Source: Octopus sinensis | Taxonomy: Eukaryota | Length of the DNA stretch: 64,000 nucleotides | Assembly: GCF_006345805.1 (NCBI RefSeq) | Contig: NC_043000.1 | Coordinates: 54,870,001-54,934,000 of the forward strand | Direction: 5' to 3' | In this document: one piece after another, positions 1 to 14,313 of the stretch | How positions within the stretch are numbered: the first letter of the stretch is position 1 | Layout: each line of letters opens with the position of its first letter | Position numbers and translations under genes: made by a program | The notes under the pieces: generated by a model | The model's input: the letters and a program-made list of their open reading frames with translations, nothing else | Told to the model about the DNA's origin: nothing | Databases searched by the model: none

Positions 1-616
1 CTCTTATTTAAAATAAATCTTATATATACATTCTCTAAGAATGTACAAGTTGATGAAATTAGCTATTTCCTTTCAGCTTAGAGCAGAAATGCAAAAACGC
101 GTAAGTGAAAACTGACTGACTTAGCGTAATCACCAGGCTTATGAAATAGAGGAGGAATCTGAAAGATATTATCTTATGTAAATAATTCCAATACTTGTTA
201 ATCAGATCTGGTTTGAGATGATATAATTTGCCTTAAGCTGACATAAGCTACGATATACAGAAATATGTTATTGTATATGTGGCAGGGTTGAGAATGAGAA
301 AAAGAGAAAGGAACAGACAAGCAGGCTAGAAGACAGAGTTTATTTCATTTCTTAAGAAAATAATTATGTAGTTCTTGTGACGGATGGAAAAGTTAAAGTA
401 TATACGGAAATTTTGTTTTTACATTCTGCATAAATTTCACAATTTTTAGCATTATCTGTAGATTATTAGCATGGCTTGTGTTATAATAGGTTTCACTCAA
501 TGTATTAACTACAATCATTTGATATTTTATTCAATTGATACTTATCAGTATTAAATAGACCATCACTTGTTTCACTCACTTCCTGTACGACACATGCATT
601 AAATATGTGCTCGGTA

Positions 617-651
<35 letters not shown>

Positions 652-660
652 TGCATCTTT

Positions 661-808
661 TATCTTTTACTTGTTTCAGTCATTGTCATTAGACGACAGC
701 CATACTGGAGCACGGGCTTGAATTTTTAGATAAATGAATCGACCCCACTACTTATTTATTTTTTCAAGCCTGGTACTTATTTCATTGGTCTCTTTACCGA
801 ACCGATAA
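661..808 (-). mobile_element. tRNA-derived CORE-type SINE, 3' fragment
   Basis: Begins TATCTTTTACTTGTTTCAGTCATT...CCATACTGGAGCAC...ATCGACCCC...GCCTGGTACTTATT...GAACCG, homologous to the full copy at 62887-63593. Confidence 0.75.
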
Positions 809-809
809 G

Positions 810-875
<66 letters not shown>

Positions 876-879
876 ATAT

Positions 880-914
<35 letters not shown>

Positions 915-960
915 TCTGTGTGTGTGTGTGTACGTATGTATGTATATGTATGTATGTGTG
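810..960. repeat. Compound microsatellite (TA)n-(GATA)n-(TG)n
   Basis: Read directly. Representative of dozens of similar tracts, e.g. 1865-2035, 3360-3610, 10690-10940, 14165-14335, 22520-22683, 37270-37522. Confidence 0.95.
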
Positions 961-1913
961 TGCGTATGTATGTATATACAGAAACACACTAATATACGCA
1001 CATATAATTTATTATATAGCGTGTACTTTCACCAATTAAAAAAACCGTGAAAGTTATAGTCTGACATATAGTGACGTATTTTTTCCTTTACTCGTAGCAG
1101 TTTATTTGTGTGACGTAAAATGTGTAAATTATTTTGTCACTGTTACTATTTGTTTCAACTTAGTTCTCATTTCTAAATCAATAATCCTCGTTTCTATACT
1201 TTCGGGCTCTCATCTTCTGGATGAAGTAACGTTGGCACATATTTTTCCTCTCCTTTTTATGGTTGGCAGATTGAGCGTTGTGATCGTTCGTATTGCTACA
1301 GGATTTCAAATATTCAACGGTTAATTAGTTGTTCAACAGCCAGTGGTTTATACAATGTAATCAGTAGTAGTCGTCAGTAAACTGTGCAGCAAAATTTGCA
1401 AGGTTTAGGATTTAGCGAGGGAATCTGTATGCACAGGAAATTCATTGCATGCCTCTTTATTAAACCTACGTATGTAAATATATTTATAACGTTTCCGAAA
1501 ATACACAGTATCATGAATATATAGGCCGAGCCACAATCTTATATATACGTACAGACATACGTCTAAGTATATATAAAGGGAAAACATATGCACACGCAAA
1601 TACATATACCTGTATATGTATACGCATACACATACATTGACACAAATAGTTAGTACTGAGTTATCAAACAAGAGAATGTTAGAAACCACATTTAGGCAGA
1701 GTTGTGTCTATATAATCACAAGTTAACTCAGCCGCAACTAGCTGAGCGCAGAAATTGTCAAGGTCATCAGATATATGGATTCAGATAGATATTGATTTTG
1801 ACTTCTAAAAACTTGATATAGATGGAATATTAAATTGTGTATAATTAAGTCAACCTGTCAAGACATATATATATATATAATATATATATATAATATATAT
1901 ATATATATAATAT

Positions 1914-2033
<120 letters not shown>

Positions 2034-2183
2034 TTCATATATGTGTATGTGTCCGTGTGTATGAAAGTAGTTATTTATGTATTTATGTGCATATACAAAA
2101 ATTTAGATTCAGATGAATATGGTACTTACGTTGAGGCATCAGACTTTAGTACGGTATTATCCATACAATTTCAAAATAAGGTG

Positions 2184-2474
2184 ATTAAAATCAAAATACG
2201 CAACAAGGATATCCAGAGCTAATGCAGTAGAATCGTTTCAAGCAACTCCATTTAATTGAACAATACAATCATTACATCAATTTAAATGCAGATCAATCCG
2301 CAGCTGCATAAAGATATAGAATTTAAATACATTAAAACATATGGACACATTAGCATACATTTATCTAAAATGCCCAAGAAGGTAAGGAGATAGGTAGAGA
2401 ACATGCTGTCTTTACTTCAGCTTAGAAGCTACTCATTACCTCTGGATATCCTTGTTGCTTATTTTGATTTTAAT
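2184..2474. mobile_element. MITE with ~45-bp terminal inverted repeats and TTAA at both ends
   Basis: Left TTAAAATCAAAATACGCAACAAGGATATCCAGAGCTAATGCAGTAG (from 2185) is the near-perfect reverse complement of right CTACTCATTACCTCTGGATATCCTTGTTGCTTATTTTGATTTTAA (2429-2473). No coding capacity. Confidence 0.75.
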
Positions 2475-2774
2475 GTGTGCAGATGCATGTATATATACAC
2501 ACGCAATAACAGAATCATATAAACATATAAACATATGAATGTACAAGTGTATGTGTGTGTGTGTGTGTGTGTGTGTATGAGTGGAAGTATATATTAATCA
2601 GTAAACGATAAAGGATAAATCATTTGCTTACAATACCGAGTTTTTAACCGGGATTTTAAGTGGCATTTTCGAAAAGGAAAATAGAAATGTTGAGCGAAAT
2701 TCGAAAAATACTATTGAAAGCATATACAGAGATTAGTCGGTGGCTTGCCAATACTTTACCAGACGCAGTCCACC

Positions 2775-2900
2775 GATGTCGACTTTGCGTTTCATCCTTT
2801 CGGGTTCGATAAATTAAGAATCAGTTGTGTACTGGGGTCAATCTAATCGACTGGACCCTCTCCAAAAATTTCGGGCTCTGTACCTAGAGTAGAAAACAAT
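2775..2900 (+). mobile_element. tRNA-derived SINE, 5'-decayed, central domain GTCGACTTTGC..CATCCTTTCGGG..CGATAAATTAAG
   Basis: Same central domain as the copies at 33035 and 63184, and the same 3' tail (AAATTTCGGG...CCTAGAGTAGAAAA) as 33267-33433. Confidence 0.75.
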
Positions 2901-3410
2901 ATTTTACAAGACGCGAAAGAGAGGACGTATACTACATTTCTTTTCTACTCTAGGCACAAGGCCCGAAATTTACAATAGTAATAATAAGAGGGTGTTTGTT
3001 TGTATATTAGTTAAGTAGATTTTAATAAGAGGACATGGCATGTAATACCATGTAGCCCTTTTGACAATGAACCACTCGATGGTCAATTATTTCAACAAAC
3101 TATTTGACCTCTAATAGGCAGCTAATAAATATTTTAGAGTGTTAATTATATAAAAATGTAAGCAAAGATATAGATATAATATTTGTGCGCTCGCAAATGT
3201 GCCCCTGTGCATCAGCATATGTGCTAATGGCCAAAAAATGAACGATGTATAATATTTTACTTGAATTTCGAGAAGTGGGTCATGCACATGACTCCAAAAA
3301 TAAATTAAAGATGCTGCTTTTCGGCGGCCGTCAAATTAATAAATGCAAAATGATAAATTATATATATATATATCCATACGTACATATGTATGTATATATA
3401 TAAACACACC

Positions 3411-3456
<46 letters not shown>

Positions 3457-3544
3457 TGTATGCATATACGTATACATATGTATATATGCATACATACATA
3501 TATGTTATATACATATATATATATATATATATATACATATACAT

Positions 3545-3597
<53 letters not shown>

Positions 3598-4599
3598 CAC
3601 ACACACTCACACACATCCATACATGGATAGCTGTGTTTCTTAATGTGTTTATAGCAGCAGCCAAAAAAAAGCGACAATATGCTCCAATTATATGACAAAT
3701 ACGTTGGCTTCAGGCACAACGTCAGAAAACAAATTTAAAAACGTATCACCTGCCATGAAACTGGATAATGTTTAATGCTGAATGATAAAATAGTAAGTAT
3801 TCTCGCAAACTGTCGGATCACCAAATTAATTCGTTTACTTCTATTTTTCAAAAAGGTCTTTCATGTTATAGAAGAACGAAAATATATAATCGTATTTTGG
3901 AATAAAACCTATCACATATACACGTTCAAATTACCTAGTAATTCGCAGATGCCTTCTATCAAGTGGATTCCACACTGCTTCTAGTATTGTTTTTCACATC
4001 CTAAGACGGTGTGTAAAGATTTTATACAGTGGTAGGGAGTGAATTGGATGCATAGCTTTCTATACTGAGAGGATAGCTCCGTGTTTCTTTAAGCGCCTAT
4101 TGTTTTACCCACTAAATACATATTCATCCAAAACAATACATAAAGTGAACACAGTGAATGAGCTAATGCATAAATATAAAAACGAAAATAAACTAGAAAA
4201 GTGTATACCAAGTCTTAGTGTAAAATCTTGGCAATGAGGCAATTTAGTACCTCATTTCACGCTGACCAGCTATTATTATATCTCACAGACATTAATACAT
4301 ATCAAATATGTATTAATGTTCTGGGCAATATACTAAACGCTGATGTGAAATATATTTGAATTGGTAAAATATGTAACAAACGTGGTACATATGGATAACT
4401 AAACGAACCGCAATTATATGAGGTATATTTATCCAACCCGAAAAAGATACCCGGAAAACCCGATACATGCTTCTGCAATCAAATGCTTGCGGGATTTAAA
4501 ATTTGAATAAAATGATCTGCGAAATAAGTGCGAAGACATTGTTACAAATATTTATAACAGTACTATTTTAGAAAGGCACACACAAAATCATACACAAGA

Positions 4600-6620
4600 T
4601 ACTAAGATTTGTACATTTTAATACTTCTAACAGTCATTTGTATTAATGAGAATAACGTAAACAATCTATATTCTGCTGTCTGTGAACATCATATGAAAAT
4701 TGTGATCCAATAAAATGACAACTCATACAACACATCTCTATAGAAAGACTCACAAGTAATATTATACAAACTACATTCAGAGATTCATTCGTACTTATTA
4801 TAACACAACTGATACTATTACATTGTCCATACCTTAACCTCTTAGAATCAAAAACACGCACTTGGCATCCTATTTATGTTCTACAGCACAGAATATTACG
4901 AAGACAGTACATACTCAAAGCCAGAATTAACGTTTAACACTACAATCAGGCAGTATATAAGAATTAGTAACACATCTCAACAGTAAGGATGAAATCCCAC
5001 TCCACGTAATCGATACAACAAATAAATACTTAAACGCAGCAGAAACAGCATAACAAGTTCCAAAACAAAACGACACACATGTAGCATAGGATCACAATCA
5101 GAAAGACACGGAAACACAAAGGGTACATTTCTTTAGATCAGAGATTTGCAATATGCAATGCATTAAAAATTGCCTAGACGAAACTCGACTCATAGCATCA
5201 ACAGTCCGATTTAGCACTCCCATTTCATGAAATAGCAATTTACAAATAAACTGTATCATTCATTTCAGTCTAGCAAATTGCAAAAGAAATTTGTGCCTTC
5301 AGCGTCACGCCTACGAAATAGGTAATATGGAACAATAAACAGCCAAATACAAATCATCGCATAACTAATGAGAAAACCTTTGATAATATGAAAACATAAC
5401 CGGTGGTTATTCCTCAAAACTAGCAGATCAATTTTAAAAAATACATTAATGAACACGAGATAAATATTTTCCTATACTACATAAAATTTTTAAACCACGA
5501 ACAAGTATTTGGCTGCTACTTATCGTTAGACGAGTGAACGCGAGATGATGTACTACATTCTAGATAGGTTTCTATAGTTTTTGTTGTAACTGAGTATTAC
5601 ACGCTCTCTTGTATCCTTAAGGTGGAATGACATGACATTATGTGTCATGGTTCTTCGAACTAGAAGGGTTTAGTCCCATTCCCTGTGATATAGTTCTCAA
5701 ATACCCTGTTTGATGCTGGAATCGACCTCATACAATGATTGAGGTCATTTGTTCGAAGTATTATACGGAAATCAATCACATCATGAATTGAATGATATAA
5801 TAGTCAGATTGTAAAAGCAAAGACTTGGTCACTAAATTACAAGCTTATGGTTAAGAAAACATATAAAAAATAATGTTTGCTGAGAAGTATTGTAAAAACT
5901 TGCAATATTAAAGAGAAAGTGTCTTAACTGAAATCCCTTAATACTATTGTGTTAAGGTAAACTATACATGAGCAAGCAGTACTTCAAATTATCATTAGCA
6001 CACTTTGCAAATACATATATTCAATAATTAATTTCAATTAAAGCAATATTACGTTCATTTTCAAATCATTTGGGAGACCGTGTCCAGTAACGGAAAAAAT
6101 GACAGTACTGCAGAAATTGTAATGCATTGAGGAAATAAAATAAATCAAGTAAATAGATAACATCTGCAGATACATGAGGTACAAGTACTTGACAGGCATT
6201 CAAGATATATCAGCTAATGCTCAGAAGAGTGATATAAAAATGACTCTCAGAAAGTCTTTTTATGGTTAAAAAAAAGCCAGGATGCACAGAGGTCTATAAC
6301 TAAATAATTCAATATTACAACAAATCAAAAAATTATGAAAAACACAATTCCAGTGGACTCGATGATAGTTACCCAATCAAATCTATTTAAATCCATTTAC
6401 AAAACAGAACAAATTAGATTATTTAGATTCAGATTAACAAAAAAAACTATAGTGACACGACTGCAATGCTTATCATCTTTTGAATATTTGATTAGAATAT
6501 TTCTGTGCAAAACAACTCTAAATACACCATCAAACAATATTGATACGCATTATTTGGTTAAAGTATATCAATAATATATTCCACGTAGCATGAACATTAT
6601 CTGGTACAGAACTCAACTCA
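4600..6620 (+). mobile_element. Highly degraded non-LTR retrotransposon, probably R4/Dong-like RT region
   Basis: Frameshifted remnants resemble RT motifs in the expected order: ITNEKTFDN (~5365, cf. WIDYKKAFDS), YKYL.GI (~6180), NIDTHYL (~6540, cf. ADIERLYL). Same motif order as 61320-61800. Many stops, and the 5' boundary is approximate. Confidence 0.45.
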
Positions 6621-6644
6621 CTGGGTAGAATTGATATATATATG

Positions 6645-6707
<63 letters not shown>

Positions 6708-6812
6708 TGTGTGTGTGTGTGTGGTGTGTTGTGTGTGTGTGTGTGTGTGGTGTGTGTGTGAGTGTGTGTGCCTGTGTGTGTGTGTGTGTGCCTGTGTGTG
6801 TGTGTGTGTGTG

Positions 6813-7979
6813 TACTAGAGTAGACTGAAAGGCTCATAGGCTGACTCTCATAGGTAGTATTCAAGTGAGGCTTTCTTTTTTAATAAAGTACCCCCTACGG
6901 TCCACATGCTGCTTCCATCGGTGTTGCAGTGCTGCGATTCTATTTGTGAAGCTTTCGTCTTCTTCGTCAAAAAGTCATTAACAGCAGATTTTACATCATA
7001 ATTACTGCGATACTGGTTACAATCTAAGTGATTTGTCATGTTAGGGGACAGATGAAAGTCAGACGCGTCCAAATCAGGAGAATAGAGAGGATAATCCATT
7101 CAAATCTACATTCAAGCAGAGCAGCCATTGAAATCAAGGCTAGAGCGTCGTCCTATTGAAACAAAATCCCCTTCAGTCAGTTGTCCTGGGAGTTTGGTCT
7201 TGACAGCTTTTGATAATCGCCTCAGAAAGTTGACCTAGTAATCTCTATTGATGTTGTGACCCTTTTACATCCAAAACTCTGAGGCCACCAATTTCCCTAC
7301 AAATAAAACGAACTTGGCTTTCTTTGGAGAAGGGTGTTTTCTCTGTATGGATTGTCTCTTTGTCTCTGGATCAAAGTTATGAAAGCAACACTCATCTTAG
7401 GGCAGGAAACGCCCAAGATAACCAGCTGGGGCTGCCTCAAACAATGTCAGATTTTCCCGTTATGCATCAGTTTTGTGTGCTTTTAATCAGGTGTCGAAAG
7501 GCGTGGCACCTAAGCAGCAAAATCCTTCGTCATGCCAACTTGATTATGCAGAATATTCTCAACTGTGTCACTGGATATGCTAATAGTATTGGCTATTTCG
7601 ATTTATAAGCCAGTCGATTGTCATTCATCAGCATATGGTGAACGCAATCAATGCTTTCTTTGGTGGTGGCAGTTGCAAGACATCTGGACTCGGGTCAACA
7701 TCAGGCTCTCCCTTCCATTCTTAAATTCAACTGTATACTTAGGCACTGTTAATAAACGTGGAGCGTCTTCCTCTAATGTAGCAACCATTTCAACTTGAAT
7801 CCCCTTGGTACCTAAACCTTTTTTCTGCAGATACTTCATAACACCACAATGTGAAACTTTGTCGATATCCAACAGAAGCCACTACAAGTCGCATTTGAAG
7901 TATTCTGCAAACGGTCAGATATCATTTTACCGAGAAAGAAACAATGTAGTTATCCTATGGACGTTTCAGCACACCCTTC

Positions 7980-7982
<3 letters not shown>
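6813..7982 (-). mobile_element. Mariner transposon, near full length, inactivated
   Basis: Minus-strand N-terminal HTH (MKYLQKKGLGTKGIQVEMVATLEEDAP...VEFKNGRESL) and C-terminal YPLYSPDLDASDFHL motif. Degenerate TIRs TACTAGAGTAGACTGAAAGGCTCATAGGCTGAC / GTTATCCTATGGACGTTTCAGCACACCCTTCC. Multiple stops and frameshifts. Confidence 0.9.
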
Positions 7983-8017
<35 letters not shown>

Positions 8018-8460
8018 TGTTTGAAAATATAGTACTCATTCAAATATCAGAACGGCTAATATTATTTTCATCCACCGAGTTGTCTTTGCCTTTCGTCTCT
8101 TCAAAGTCGATAAAGTAAGTACTGTCTGAGTCCGGGGGGGGGGTGACGTAGTAGACGTCTCCCTTCCCATACTTTGTGCTAAAATTTGAAACCAATATTC
8201 CTAATTTCTTCTGAGTGTAATGAACAGGATATTACGATAATGACACCGTAAATGTTTCTTAAGTGTACCTTCTGCATGATAAACAGATAGTTACGTGCAG
8301 AATAACATATATAAGAGAGTGGTTTGGCTGAAATTTTTAATTTCATTAATTTGCATACAGGAAGTAGATTATTATTTAGGGGTTAGTTTATCTGGAGCTG
8401 TCACCAAGGCCGCTATATGTTAGATTGTTCATCAATGCTAACGACTTGTCTTGTTATTGT

Positions 8461-9600
8461 TATACCGGATGCGAGAAGTATTTGAAGACAGATTTTGTAT
8501 ACAATAAAACAACTCTTATTTCAGCACAAATGAATAGGTATTTGAATAAACATTTGTGCAATTAGTCTTGATAAAGATTTTTAAAGCAAATTACTCTATG
8601 AATCTGCCTTCGGCTTCGATGACTGCTTGCTTACACTATATGGTCCTTATTCATTCGGACATCACCTGGACAATGGCGGCCTTCAGTGAAGCTATGGTAT
8701 TATTAGGATGACGATTAGTCTCCCTTTCAGCAATGATCCTCACGTAGATGTCATGAGGCTCAAATCTGGCGAGTTTGGAGGCTACATATTGGGTATTACA
8801 TAGTTGTAAACATTGTCTGAGAACAATTCTTGAGGGACCAGGGCTTAGTGAAAAGGTGCTGAGTCTTGTTGAAACACGCATGGTTTCCATTGCTTACTTC
8901 ATCAATCCAGGGCTTGATAAGAGTTTCTAGTACCTCAATGTATCCAGCAACATTAATGCTAAGACCTGGTGGAAAAAAGCGAGGAGGCACCACATGGCCT
9001 TCGCTACTCACCACTCCTAAAACCATCACAGTTGCTGGAAATTTCGTGTGCATTACTCTGGGTAGTTTACAAGAATCTGCACATGACCACCTGTCATTTC
9101 TTCTGGTAGAGTTTTGATCCTGGTTAAAGTTTTTTCGCCAGGGAAAAACAAAAGCATGTCTTGTTCATGAAGGTTTTTCACTTTGTTAAGTAACCGTTTT
9201 GAATGGATGAGATGGTTTGCCTGTGTCTTTGCAGACACGAATTGACCTTTCCTCATTTCATAGGACTTATATCGAATATTACGATGCACCACAGTTCTAA
9301 TAGTCGACTCTGACATCCGAAGTTCTTTAGCAATGGGCGTCATTGTTCTTCTGGGGGTTTTCATTGATAATGTTTCGAACATGTGGTATAAAATTCCGGT
9401 ATCCTTTTAGTGTCTGGACGTTATGAACACTTTTTCTCTTTGATACAGGTGAAACGTTACCATCTCATTCTACCAATTCCAACCGAACTTTGTGTACAAA
9501 TGATCTTACAATATTTAGAAAGTTACTAATTTCTAAATCACTGTGGTTTGTATGTATAGCAACTATGACTGCATGTCGTTTCCTTTCATGAGTTACCCTA
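8461..9600 (-). mobile_element. maT-type (DD37D) transposon remnant, 5' end lost
   Basis: Reconstructed peptide HERKRHAVIVAI...EISNFLNIVRSFVHKVR...IAKELRMSESTIRTVVH...VMVLGVVSSEGHVVPPRFFP...FQQDSAP...PPNSPDL..D. By hand, 37 residues separate the 2nd and 3rd Asp after correcting one frameshift. Confidence 0.88.
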
Positions 9601-9899
9601 TATATATAATTTTAGTTGATTAAACTTGCGTTGTTTCAACTCAGCACGTACTATAGCCTGCTAGTCTGCTCTTAGATATATTCTTTAAAAAAAAACATTA
9701 ACAGTACTAATTTCGTCAGATTTTACGTCCTCAGTTCAGAAATCTGCCGAGTCTGAACTATGCTTTTCCCCATTTCGATGTGAAAAATACGTACAAGTAA
9801 AATAGTGGGGGTCAGGAAATCAACTCCGTTCCTGCTGTATTTTAGACTCCATAGTAGAACAGATTCTGTATGTGTGAGTGTGTTGGCGTACGTGCCAAA

Positions 9900-10040
9900 C
9901 GGCAACCTAGCAGAATCATTACTGCAGGTGCCGGACTAAATGGTTGGTAGCAATTCTTCTGGCACTTTATAATGTATTCAGATCAAATGTATTCAGATCG
10001 ACTTCGTTTTCCATTCCTTTGGGGAGGAATATAAAACAGA
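9900..10040 (+). mobile_element. Degraded SINE remnant
   Basis: CCTAGCAGAATCATTA... head-like sequence and GATCGACTTCGTTTTCCATTCCTTTGGGG central-domain remnant. Confidence 0.4.
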
Positions 10041-10812
10041 CATCACTTGCGCACTGTGGTCTCTCACTTTCTCCCCTGTGTCTTTAGTAGAAAGATTTAT
10101 ATCATATGTATGTATATGCATATATATGCATATATATATATATGTGTGTGTGTGTGCGTGTGTGTGTGTATGTGTGCGTGTTTGTATGTAAGTTTGTGTA
10201 TACATATATATATATATATGAATATATACATGTGTGTGTGTCAGTGAGTGTGTTTGTGTGTGTATGTGCACGTGCGTATGTATTTATGTATATAGATAAA
10301 TACGTATACATATATGTATATTTGCAACATGCATTATGATCATCATTTACGTTTTCTACGTATTTAGACTATATGTGCGGAGGAAAAAATAAAAGAATTG
10401 TAATTTAATTGCAAACAGATTTATTCAAAGCGATATGCGACAGGGATAAATCAAATAAATGAAGTAACCTTCATAAATCCTTCAAACTTTCTATAGAATA
10501 TTTTAAGAAAATATAAGCTATTTATTATTCCGTTTGAGTATCTATGTATCCAAATAAATTCTTTTCTATATCTAATACTTTTTGTTGTATATTAAATTAT
10601 TATGATTTCGGTGCTGGCATTAAGTCCTGGTTTAAATTCATGAGTTCAGGCCTGTAAAATTTCTTTCCAGTGAGTCAAATCAATACATATTCCTATACAC
10701 ACACATACATACAAACATACATATACACACACACACACACACATACATATACACACACACATACATATACATATACATATACATATATATATATATATAT
10801 GTGTATATATAT

Positions 10813-10863
<51 letters not shown>

Positions 10864-11545
10864 TATACATATGTATATATATACACATATGTCTATACAT
10901 AAATATAGAGGGAGATACATATATATATATATATATATACTAAGTAGAATTTTCAATTATATTTCGCAAAACATTGAGACAAAATACAGAATCCTCAAAT
11001 GTCTTACTATATTTGGTATGATTACTTTTCTTATTCGAAAGGTGGATGTGTGGAGGTAGCGTTTTAACAGAAATTGAATTAAATATGTAATTTCATTATT
11101 TTGTAAATCCTATATATGTACATTGTATATTAAAATTGAAGAAACATAGAAACATGATGTATTATTTTACGATTAAGCAACATTTACTTTCAACACAATG
11201 AGAGAACACAGAAATATTTGGAATGCATTGCAAATCTGTGTGGCGTATGAAGTATTTGTCTTCATTTCTATATGGGAATCAGTAAAGCGCATATAGACAC
11301 TTGCAACTAAATATACAAACACCAAATGACATTGCATTAAACCTAAAGTAAGAATAATAATTCTAATGCAATTTTATACAACAAAGTCATTGCCTTTTTG
11401 TCAGTACTGTTGCATATTATTAACACCATGCTGCTAAGAAATAAGCGGGCCCATAACCAAAGGTATTCCAACTGTATATATGCATGTATGTATTTATACA
11501 TATATGTATGTAAATGTATCTGTATATAAATATATATGTATGTAT

Positions 11546-11610
<65 letters not shown>

Positions 11611-11799
11611 ATAATATATATATATATACATATATATTAGTGTATATGTATATGTGTATTTATATATATGTATACACATATATATATATATTATATACAT
11701 ATATATGTATGTATGTATATGTATACATATTTATGAAAGAGGGCAATAAACCCCGAGGTATAACATGTATCTTAAGTCATATACATTATTTTATATTAT

Positions 11800-13050
11800 T
11801 CTTAAATTAGTTGAAGTTTTACAGCTGTTTCTGGGAGATCCCAAGTGATAGGTTAGTAGGGAAAATATGAAAGACCTAGACATGGAAATATTCAGATAAA
11901 AGATCTAGACATGGAAATTCGGAGGTGATAAGCAATGAAAGAGAAGAGTAGAGAGTAAGGAAATAAGGAAATAATGTTCGCAGGTCATTTTTTAGAGGGG
12001 GTGAATGTTAGTCTTTATGTCCTAACGGTAAAATCCAAGTTAAATCCAGGCAGTAAAGTATGAGTAGTGGGTTCACAGCATAAATATCCAGGCAATATTT
12101 TGGCAGAAAAGGGAATGGTATGTTGATATTAAGATGGATGATTTGTGAGAGAATGACTATAAAAGTGGCTATTCAGCAAAGTGGAGGGGGAAAGAAAAAG
12201 AGAAAGAATGGGAAAGATAGGTTATGAGGAGAGAGAGAGAAAGAGATGGAGTAACCTGTGAGGATAGAGAAGAGGAAGGTAAGTGAGGGAGTATTAGCAA
12301 GCATAGGTCAGAAGGATTGGTTAGAAAAATAAATATAAAGAAAGAAATACCAAAATATAGAGTAAAAAATAAAATAAAAAGACAATAAAATTAAAGGAAA
12401 GAATATAAAAATCAGAAATAAAAATAAGAATAAGAATAAATCGTAAAAATAAATTGATAAAAGAAGAGTGGAGGAAGATGATGGCGGATGAAAAATTAAT
12501 ATTTCTGTATTTTGAACACATGAAGTTCCAGATAGTTATAGATATATTCCTACCTATGGGGGTATAAATATATTAAAGGATGAATGGAGAAACAGGCATG
12601 AATAGAGAAACCAATTAAATATTTACTTGTTTAGGAATAAAAGTTACCACTTAAGATTCGGAGATCTAAAGGATGAAGGTTTAAAATTTTGGAGATTAGA
12701 TTAAAATCCTCAGGTTAAATAAAGAATTAACAGTTATCTTCTAAAGTACTAATTTTGATGGAGAAGATAATGAAGGGATAGACAAAGGAATATTATAACA
12801 ACCATAGAAATATGCAAGCAAGCGTTGTGTGTAAGGGATACGTATCACTTGGACTTATGGGAATATTTAAATGTGAGGAAAAATTTGTGTTTATAAGTTG
12901 TGGATGTTATGAGTTATGGGTTAATGTCTGGAGGACCTCCTTTAGGCAGAGCCCTCTGCAGGACCGGGACCGATTGCCTGACGTAAGCCCGTTGCAGAAG
13001 ATTCAAGGTGGTATACAAATGCACTGTCCACAACATATTAAATAATTCCT
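11800..13050 (-). mobile_element. Possible degraded retroelement (Penelope-like or LINE)
   Basis: About 1.2 kb with strong purine/pyrimidine strand asymmetry and a GC-rich block at 12930-13010. The minus-strand peptide remnant YKHKFFLTF is only weakly reminiscent of Penelope N-termini. No diagnostic RT motif seen. Confidence 0.25.
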
Positions 13051-13846
13051 CTACCTATTATATCGGATCTACCATTAATTTCTGCACATTTAAACTCATT
13101 TAAATATAAAGAGTATAGCAACGCCACATCTCTAGCCAGCCGCATAAATCATCTAATTAATAGGAAAATACAATACAGGACATCTTGTGCTATAATAGGT
13201 TCTCGCATTTCATATCAGGGCCATCGCTCCTCATGTGGACTGAATGATTGAAATGATTGAACTGATTGAATAATTCAAATGATTGAAACACTTACAGCAT
13301 AGAAGCTCATCATTTTTTTTCTGAACTTAACACAGCCAAATACCTCACACGTGAGTCAGTTATACGTTTCTGCTGTAAATGTGTATAAGCACAGGCATCA
13401 GAGTTAGAACCCCAAAGCATTCAACAGGGAGTCAAAATTCAAATAGTCCGCTGATACGACCGTAAGAGCAACATATTTTGTGCAAAGAAGGTAATAATTT
13501 TCCGACATGTTAAATTGCAGCACAGTATCATCCGCTTTTGGCTAGATTATATATATATTGATAAAATGAAATGCTTGTTTAAATGAAATAACCAATATCT
13601 AATTACGAACGCAAATAAAAGCACATATTCACATATATTCACGTATCACTACAAAAATATAAAAACTTTTACGTTCACATAAAGTTACATACATATATAC
13701 ATAAATACACACGCAGACATATGGGGTTATGTATGGTATATATATGTATGTTTACGAGTTTGTATGCGCTGTGTCTTCGTGTGTGTATGTGTGTGTGCGC
13801 ATATCTATATATACACACATGTGTAAGCATATATATTTGTAATATA

Positions 13847-13901
<55 letters not shown>

Positions 13902-14178
13902 GCAAGTATCCTCGTACATACACATCTGATGGCTTAACTGGGTAAAATTTCGAAGTCACAGTCAATTCTGTTCTTGTAAATGAATGAAATATACTTTCTC
14001 TATGAAACGTATTCAGTAATACTTTGATTTAATATAAAAACTATATTATAACGTAAACACAAACATTAATATGTATTTACACACACACACACATACACGT
14101 ATACGAGTAATTTCTGAAACCAGTATGAATGTAAATCAATGCCCATATGCGTATATGTATGTGTATGTGTATGTATAC

Positions 14179-14268
<90 letters not shown>

Positions 14269-14277
14269 GTATGTATA

Positions 14278-14313
<36 letters not shown>

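Noticed and set aside
13336-13350. 15-nt AG...GTGAGT segment (PNTSH)
   Set aside because: Too short to distinguish from chance without RNA data.
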